From an uncultured Nitrospinota bacterium (GTDB lineage Bacteria > Tectomicrobia > Entotheonellia > J063 > CAVPRW01), in assembly GCA_963707985.1 (NCBI GenBank), contig CAVPRW010000009.1, forward strand, positions 64,001-128,000: a DNA stretch of 64,000 bases, in the 5' to 3' direction. Within the stretch, counting starts at the first letter, position 1. Every line of letters starts with the position of its first letter. A program made the position numbers and the translations under genes. A model generated the notes under the pieces. The model saw only the letters and a program-made list of their open reading frames with translations, had not been told where the DNA came from and searched no databases. Shown in pieces: positions 57,106 to 64,000 of this stretch.

Positions 57106-58320
57106 GTGAACACTGATGATATCTTAATGTGTCCAGGTCCCAACGATATCGCTGACCGCGTCTTGCGGGCGATGATCCGTCCAGCAGCCTGTCCTGTGAC
57201 TCCGGAATTCCAGGAATTCTACGAACAGACGTTGGACATGCTGGCTGAGGTCTATCAGACCCGCAATCAGGTGGTGCCCCTCCCTGGTTCTGGCCGCAGT
57301 GGTGTGGAATCGGCGATCACCAGCGTCATCGAAGCGGGCGACCGGGCCCTGGTAATCATCTGTGGCACGTTTGGCCATCTGGCCGCACGGGTGGTCAATG
57401 GGGTGGGGGGACAGGCCGAAGTGGTAGAGTTCCCCTGGGGGGAACAGCTCGATGTGGGAGTGATCCGCGACAAGCTGGCGCAAGGGACCTATAAGCTGGT
57501 GACGATGGTGCACAACGAAACCTCCTCTGGAGCTGTGTACATGAACGCCGGGGAGGTCGCCAAACTGTCCCACGCGCACGGAGCGCTGTTTATGCTCGAT
57601 GCCATCTCCTCCCTCGGCGGTGCCGACCTTCCCACCGACACGTGGGAGGTTGATCTCTGTGTGTCGTGCAATCACAAGGCTATCGCCGCTCCCATCGGGC
57701 ATGCCTATGTGGCCGTGAGCGATCGCGCCTGGGATGTGATGGAGGGGCGCCGGGAGGCGTGCCGTAACATCTTCGGGGGCCTGCTCAACTGGAAAGCGCA
57801 ACCCCTCGATTCCCCCATCGACGGGCGGACTCTGCGACGCCCACAAGGCGTATTTTCCGCCGTACATCTGTTCTATGCCCTGCACGAGGCGCTCACCATG
57901 ATTCTGGAGGAGGGTTTGGAGGCACGCTTTGCACGGCACGTACTAAACGCCTGTGCCTTCCGAGAAGGGATCAAGGCCTTGGAGCTCCAGCCGTTGGCTA
58001 GACCAGAGCTCGCCTCTCCTACAGTGACCTGCATTCCATTACCTGAGGGGATGCAGTCCAGCGACTTTCTGCGGTCTCTGCAAAGCGATCATGGCATCTT
58101 CACGCTTCCCGGCCTCAGCCCCTATCGCGATACGGCCATTCGCATCGGCCACATGGGTGTCACGGCGATACCCCGCTGTGTCCTGCACACCTTGTACGCC
58201 ATTGAATCGGTCCTCGCGAAGATGGGATACAGGGTGGTTCCAGGAGCAGCTGTGAATCGCGCCGAGCAAGTGTATGCCGGAGCGGAGACACGGGAGCCAG
58301 TCAAGGCTGTGGCCTCCTAA
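57106..58320 (+). CDS. Class V PLP aminotransferase (alanine-glyoxylate/serine-pyruvate type)
   Basis: MCPGP, VHNETSSG, DAISS, NHK, RIGHMG. Confidence 0.9.
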   Translation: MNTDDILMCPGPNDIADRVLRAMIRPAACPVTPEFQEFYEQTLDMLAEVYQTRNQVVPLPGSGRSGVESAITSVIEAGDRALVIICGTFGHLAARVVNGVGGQAEVVEFPWGEQLDVGVIRDKLAQGTYKLVTMVHNETSSGAVYMNAGEVAKLSHAHGALFMLDAISSLGGADLPTDTWEVDLCVSCNHKAIAAPIGHAYVAVSDRAWDVMEGRREACRNIFGGLLNWKAQPLDSPIDGRTLRRPQGVFSAVHLFYALHEALTMILEEGLEARFARHVLNACAFREGIKALELQPLARPELASPTVTCIPLPEGMQSSDFLRSLQSDHGIFTLPGLSPYRDTAIRIGHMGVTAIPRCVLHTLYAIESVLAKMGYRVVPGAAVNRAEQVYAGAETREPVKAVAS

Positions 58321-58554
58321 TTCAACACACACGTGTGGGGCAGTCATCATCGAAAAGTCTGGATCGAGTATGGGCGAGTCAGCCCCACACGCTGCCTTGG
58401 GCCCTCTATCGCGGTTCCCACTTGGATGAACTACGCTAAGATCCCAGGGGTCTGGAGGTATAACCCCCCTCAGAAGGGGTCGTGGCGCATGCGACTGGGA
58501 ACCGCTATAGGGGGGCCTGAAAGCCTGGAATCGCGGGACCGGAGTCCAACCAAA

Positions 58555-58900
58555 ACAGGTCATCATAAAGAATTTGCTCGATGATGCCCAATGTGACGAT
58601 CCAGTGCACGAATGGCGCTGGCCCGAAGGCAGACCGGGTCCATTGTGTGATCCCAAGCGCGCGATGAAGCGCGGCGGCGATGAACAAGCGCCCGCCCGAC
58701 AGCGTGATGCGTGTCACGCGTGCGACCAACGCGTTCATGCTTGAACGGACACCCTCTTCGCTGGGTGCCATCACCCGCTGAAGGGCTGCACGTTGTGCCT
58801 CTATGGCATGGGATAGAACCGGTCCAATGAGTCGATCGCCAAGGTCCTCAATCTGGATCGTCGCGAGGTTCAACAGATGACCGCCCACCTCCCTCTGTGG
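58555..58900 (+). pseudogene. IS1595-family transposase N-terminal remnant
   Basis: Manual translation IKNLLDDAQC..WRWPEG..RQRDACHAC..TDTLFAG.HHPLK..SNESIAKVL, with stops. Confidence 0.65.
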
Positions 58901-59049
58901 CATGCCTCTCTTGTCATCGAGGACCATGGGCCAGAGATCACGCTTTTCGCTGATATCCGAATTTCAGGATAGGGTACAAATTGCTTGCGGCAGACTCTCA
59001 TGTATGATAAAGGACGATATTATATGCCTATGGAACACGGCGGGGGACG

Positions 59050-59742
59050 ATGACAAGACCTGAACGTATCTCGTATAAATCCGTTTCCTGGCGTGCTTTA
59101 TACAACTGCCGGGGGCGAGGAGGTCATACCATATTGGGAGAGACGCCCACGTATGCAACCTACAGGGAAAGCTGTGGCACCCCCGAGAAGCCAAGCGTAT
59201 CACTGAACAGCGCTTCGGTGGACTGGTCACAACAGAAGACCACCCCTGACCAGGCCTGCATAGAGGCTGTCCTCAATACCTTAGCGGTGACTGGCGCGTC
59301 TATCCTCCACGTGGGAGTGGGGAATTCCAAGTTGGCCCAACGGTTTGCGGGCCGGGCTCACCTCGTCGATGGCCTGACGGTGCACCAGAATGAAAAGATC
59401 CATGCAGATGCCCTGGGGATTCCCAATTACACCGTGTATGTACTCAATAAGCACAGTCAGGAGTTCGTCTCAGTTATCACCAACGTATATGATTTTGTCA
59501 TTGATAACAATCTGTCGTTTTTCGCCTGCTGCAAATATCATTTTTATGTCATGATCGAGAATTATCTATGGGCATTAACATTTGAGGGGAGGATCTTGAC
59601 GTGCCAGATTGGTATGGACGTGTGCAATGACGATTTGGGGTGGGTCATGACGTATGCAGATCTGGTAAGTCTAGAGAGTAAGTTCCCAGTGCACGTGTCG
59701 AAGATGACAGACGTGGTCTATGCGATTGCCAAAAAGCCATGA
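59050..59742 (+). CDS. Hypothetical protein with methyltransferase-like Rossmann motif
   Basis: ILHVGVGNS, YDFVIDNN; lower GC than neighbours. Confidence 0.6.
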   Translation: MTRPERISYKSVSWRALYNCRGRGGHTILGETPTYATYRESCGTPEKPSVSLNSASVDWSQQKTTPDQACIEAVLNTLAVTGASILHVGVGNSKLAQRFAGRAHLVDGLTVHQNEKIHADALGIPNYTVYVLNKHSQEFVSVITNVYDFVIDNNLSFFACCKYHFYVMIENYLWALTFEGRILTCQIGMDVCNDDLGWVMTYADLVSLESKFPVHVSKMTDVVYAIAKKP

Positions 59743-59919
59743 CATTGCTGAGGACAGGCGCCGGATTCGAGGGGAGTTGGGGGCCAGTTGTCAAGGTCTA
59801 TGAGGCCTCTCGCACACGACCTTTCAACCGCGATAGGAGATAGCTCGTGCTTACCGAGCAGAGGCAGTGCCCTGCATTCTCCGACAACAGCTTAGCTCAA
59901 CCTGTGGAGGTCCCCTGTC

Positions 59920-60979
59920 ATGCCTAAGGTGAATGTCGGTGTGGTAGGGTGCGGTGAGGTAGCACGGCGTATTTATCTCCCGGAATTCCACCGCATCCAC
60001 GACAAGGCTGTGCTGGTTGCCGTCTGCGATCTTGCAGAAGCCCGTGCGAAAGAAGCCAAGGAGCGATTTGGTGCGCAAGGTGTACTATACCGATCTGGAC
60101 CGGTTTCTGCGCGAGAGTGACACCGAAATCGTGCTCAATCTGACCCCCCATAAAGCGCATGTACCAGTGTCCAGAGCAGCCCTTCAGGCTGGCAGGCACG
60201 TCTATACCGAGAAGGTCATGGCCCAGTCCCTGGATGATGCGACGGAGTTGATCGATGTCGCGAATGCCCAGCACGTCAAGTTCGCCTGTGCCCCGGTCAC
60301 GCTGTTGTTGCCCACGCAGCGCCGATGGCAAGAGCTGATCCGCGAGGGGACGATCGGTCGCGTCACCTTCGCACGCGCGCAGGCACTGTATCCGCCCATC
60401 TGGGAAGATTTCCCGCCGGAGCACGTGTGGTATTTCGCAGCGGGCAGCGGACCCTTGATGGACATGGGTGTGTATCCGCTCACAGCCCTAACGGGCCTCT
60501 TCGGTCCGGCGATGCGGGTCAGTGCTATGGCCAGGACCATCATGCACGAGCGCGTCATCGGAGATGGTCCCGCCGCCGGCAGACGCTTCCCCACGGAAGT
60601 GGAGGACTCCGTACACCTCCAAGTGGACTTCGGAAGGTTTTTCGCGTCGGTCGATCTTTCGTGGTGTGTGCAGGCTACCTGCAACCAGCCGTTCGAAGTC
60701 TACGGCGAGTACGGGACGTTGTCTGGCGACCCGACGTATGCCAATACCCCCATCCATATTTTTCGAGCGAATCAAGCATGGTGCGTTGAAGAACCCATCC
60801 AGCGCTTGCCCCGTAATGACGATTGGTTTCAAGGGGTCGCTCATCTCGTGGATTGCGTGTTGGACAACACCGAGCCGGTCAATAGCGCGACCCACGCGCG
60901 CCACGTGCTGGACATCATGCTCACGGCGCTTCGTGCCGCGCAGGAAGGGCGGGCGCTCGCACTGCAGACGACCTTCTGA
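59920..60979 (+). CDS. Gfo/Idh/MocA family oxidoreductase, frameshift near 60076
   Basis: VGVVGCG, HVYTEK, GPLMDMGVY. Confidence 0.85.
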
Positions 60980-60997
60980 AGAGGAGCGGATGACGCA

Positions 60998-61756
60998 ATG
61001 AAACTGCAGGGCAAAGTGGCGCTGGTCACAGGTGGGTTGCGGGGGATCGGCCGCGCCATCGCCGTGGCGATGGCACAAGCAGGAGCGGATATTCTCATCG
61101 CAGGCCTGTCCATGGACACGGCTGCCCAGACTGAGGCGGAGATACAGGCGCTGGGGCGCCGATGTGCCATCGTGCATGCAGATGTGTCCAATGAGGACGC
61201 AGTCAAAGAGCTGATGGCCACCATTCTTCGCAACTATAGCAGACTGGATATTCTGGTCAACAACGCCGGCATCGCCCCCTTTAAGCCGATTGAAGGCTTG
61301 ACCTTGACGGAGTTCTCTCGGGTTTTAGACGTGAATCTAAAAGGGCCATGGCTCTGCGCCAAGTATGCCTTGCCTGAGTTGAAGCGTAGTCATGGGGTGA
61401 TCCTCAACATCACCTCCACGTCTGGGCACTATGGTGGCGCCAGCTCCGGCGGCAGCGCGTATGACACAAGTAAAGGCGGGCTGCAGCAGCTGACATACTC
61501 GCTGGCAGCAGAATTCGGCCCGTACGGTATCCGCGTGAACGCCATCGCACCGGGCACAATTATCACCGAGCGGGTGGGAGGCCAGGCGCTCGTCGAGTCG
61601 GAGCTTGGTCAAGGTGAACTCGCCCGCACACCGTTACGTCGACTGGGCATTCCTGAGGACATTGCCAATGTGGCGGTCTTTTTGGCCTGCAATGAGTCTT
61701 CGTATATCAATGGAACGACGATCATTCTCGATGGCGGCACCATGGCCGTGTGGTGA
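60998..61756 (+). CDS. SDR family oxidoreductase
   Basis: TGGLRGIG, NNAG, YDTSK, NAIAPG. Confidence 0.93.
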   Translation: MKLQGKVALVTGGLRGIGRAIAVAMAQAGADILIAGLSMDTAAQTEAEIQALGRRCAIVHADVSNEDAVKELMATILRNYSRLDILVNNAGIAPFKPIEGLTLTEFSRVLDVNLKGPWLCAKYALPELKRSHGVILNITSTSGHYGGASSGGSAYDTSKGGLQQLTYSLAAEFGPYGIRVNAIAPGTIITERVGGQALVESELGQGELARTPLRRLGIPEDIANVAVFLACNESSYINGTTIILDGGTMAVW

Positions 61757-62082
61757 CGAATTCGAAACGGATGCAGTCCAAACACTCGATCGTCGTATTC
61801 ACGGGTGACGTTCACTGCTGACGGATCTCCAGGTGCCCCCTGGCATTTGGGATTGACCTGATGGAGGTGCTCTCTTCTCTCTTGGCGCTTGTGGATAAAG
61901 AAGCTGAGGGATAAGTCTGCGGATCTGCTCGTCGACGTGCAGGGCTGCACATGCTCTCGCCCCCTGATACGGTACGCGCTTGCCATCGGTAGGACCTACA
62001 GAGGGACACTGCGATGTAACCCGGTAGTTGTGCTCTCATGACGTCAGTATTTCCGCTTCCCTTATCTGCCCCAGTATTTGGC

Positions 62083-62112
62083 CCTAACCTAGCGAAGGCC
62101 AAACGTTCGACG
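62083..62112 (+). repeat. Solo terminal repeat of the ctaacctagcgaag element family
   Basis: gccctaacctagcgaagg is identical to 34440-34457. Confidence 0.7.
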
Positions 62113-62149
62113 AAGTCCAACCATGCCAGCCCTCATAGGGGCTTCCTTT

Positions 62150-62966
62150 CGCGATCGCGCGCTTTTGCCCCGGCAACCAGCTCGCCGATACGGTGATGAA
62201 AGCGCTGTCACAGGTGGTCCCGGAGAAGGTGGCCTCGGGCCTCGGCAATCTGCGCGTCATCGCCTTTTCGGGTATTCGCGCCGAAACGCATTGGGTACAT
62301 ATGGAGATCTTCGAAGGTGCCTACGGCGGCCGCTACGGGATGGACGGCATGGACTCCATCGACACTTTGTATGCCAATGCTCGCAACAACCCCATCGAGG
62401 AACTCGAATCGCACCTGCCACTGCGAATCGAGCGTTATGAGGTGCGTGACGACGTCTGTCCCGCTGGCCAATGGCGGGGCGGGCTAGGGTCAATCCGGGA
62501 GTTTACCTTCCTGGAAGACGGGGGCGCGCCGATCGAGGGCGAAGGTCACGTCTTTGCTCCATGGGGATTTGCCGGTGGGCATGACGGCGCCACCGCCCGT
62601 GTCACGCTGCACAAAGCCGATGGCACCGAGCCGGCCATCCCCTCGAAGATGCCTTATCGCGCCGCCGCGCAAGGGGATACTTTCATCGTCGTCGGGCCTG
62701 CTGGGGGCGGCTATGGCGACCCCGGGAAGCGTGAGCCGGAACGGGTGCTGAGCGACGTGCTCGACGGCTTCATGACGCGCGAGCAGGCCCGTATCGATTA
62801 CGACGTGGTGATCCGCGACGATCTGACCATCGACCATGCGGCGACGGCGATGCTGCGTCGCGGGGCTCTCGACGCCGATGAGGCGTACGCTGGGCGGCAG
62901 ACGGAGGCGAATCGGACGCTGGCGATGCCTCTGCCAGGATGCTGGGTGGGAGGTGCGGTGTGCTGA
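62150..62966 (+). pseudogene. Hydantoinase B/oxoprolinase, C-terminal fragment
   Basis: NNPIEELE, GQWRGGLG, GGGYGDP; N-terminal two-thirds missing. Confidence 0.85.
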
Positions 62967-63856
62967 GGGTGCCCTGGCCCAACGCGTTGGGCCAGGTGCA
63001 AGGCTCCGATGACTCCAGACTTGTCTCCCAGCGCTGGTGCGACAATGTATGATTCAAAGTCGCTCGCACTCTTGAGACGTGGCAAGTAGCCATTCAACGT
63101 CCGTGCACAGGCCGAACGGATATGCGGGAGAATGGATAGTTGATGCATCACCCCACCGCCGATGATGATCCGCTGTGGTGAGAGGATGGTGATGATAGTC
63201 GCCAGAGCTTGCCCCAGATACAGCGCTTCGAGAGTCCAGGCCTCATGTTGTGGGGGCAGCCTCTCCGGCGCTCCAAAGCGTACTGAGATGGCGTGGCCAC
63301 TAGCCAATCCCTCTAGACAATCCTCATGAAACGGACAACCGCTCGGGCGCGTGTCATGAGGCACTCGCGCCACGAGCATATGCCCCATTTCCGGATGCAT
63401 CAGCCCATGGAGAGGACGTCCACGGATCATAGCGCCACCACCGATGCCGGTACCGACGGTCAGATAGACTAGGGGATCGTTTCCCCGTCCCGCCCCGTAA
63501 GTCGCCTCAGCCATGGCTGCCGCGTTGACGTCGGTGTCGACGGCCACCGGCACCCCCAAAGCGGTCTCTAGAATGTGGACGATCGGGCACTCCCGCCAGG
63601 CGAGCTTCGGTGTCGAAAGGATGTGGCCGTACGTAGGTGAGTTCCGATCGAGATCGATCGGGCCAAATGTCGCCAGACCAAGATGCTGTATTGCATAAGA
63701 TTGGAAGAAGGCGATCACCTGGTTTAACGTCGCCGTCGGCGTCGTGGTGGGAATCATGGTCGAGGCTTGAATGGCTTGGGGCGCCTGCCCTACCGCGCAG
63801 ACGAATTTCGTCCCTCCCGCTTCGATGCCGCCATAAAGGCGCGATGTTGCTGCCAT
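62798..63856 (-). CDS. ROK family sugar kinase (fructokinase-like) with read-through tail
   Basis: GIEAGGTKF, TDVN, YLTVGTGIG, HPEMGH, CLEGLASG. Confidence 0.92.
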   Translation of the reverse strand: MAATSRLYGGIEAGGTKFVCAVGQAPQAIQASTMIPTTTPTATLNQVIAFFQSYAIQHLGLATFGPIDLDRNSPTYGHILSTPKLAWRECPIVHILETALGVPVAVDTDVNAAAMAEATYGAGRGNDPLVYLTVGTGIGGGAMIRGRPLHGLMHPEMGHMLVARVPHDTRPSGCPFHEDCLEGLASGHAISVRFGAPERLPPQHEAWTLEALYLGQALATIITILSPQRIIIGGGVMHQLSILPHIRSACARTLNGYLPRLKSASDFESYIVAPALGDKSGVIGALHLAQRVGPGHPQHTAPPTQHPGRGIASVRFASVCRPAYASSASRAPRRSIAVAAWSMVRSSRITTS

Positions 63857-64000
63857 ACCTCCCCTCCATTCTGCACCTGCGACTTATGTCCTATCTCCAC
63901 CATCGTGCGATATCACCGAGCGCAGATCAACCATATGGTTCGGCAGACCTTCGGAGGTGGTCATGCCTTGGTGGCAATTCGTCGCGATTATTGGCATTGT

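Overview
This is a GC-rich bacterial window. Its family composition (many cyclase-AAA-TPR paralogs, an orphan ABC substrate-binding protein, Uma2, RidA/SDR clusters) resembles Tectomicrobia/Entotheonella-like genomes; this is inference only. There are three zones. (1) 1-10.5 kb is a core block: alpha/beta hydrolase, ddl, DHA2 MFS, RNase II, RluB, PgsA, AI-2E, RsmA and Uma2. (2) About 10.6-52.5 kb is a heavily decayed accessory tract. It holds five class III cyclase-AAA-TPR copies or fragments, two PAP2/vanadium-haloperoxidase-like genes, CocE, IS21/IS630 remnants, a MITE, a broken large serine recombinase, VapBC and HicBA, defence-gene fragments (NACHT, HEPN, NDT-like), a nested group II intron remnant and a large beta-helix secreted protein. 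(3) 53-64 kb is metabolic: methyltransferase, Qor, three Rid domains, SDRs, a class V aminotransferase, Gfo/Idh/MocA, a hydantoinase B fragment and a ROK kinase. The most striking unexplained structures are: a dispersed element made of an internal comM segment with fixed junctions and conserved non-comM arms (4 copies); an ABC substrate-binding gene enclosed in ~50-bp TG...CA inverted repeats inside a 99-bp repeat array; and a group II intron inserted at the YADD position of another intron. I found no rRNA, tRNA or CRISPR array. Several single-base frameshifts, including one in ddl, may be assembly errors.
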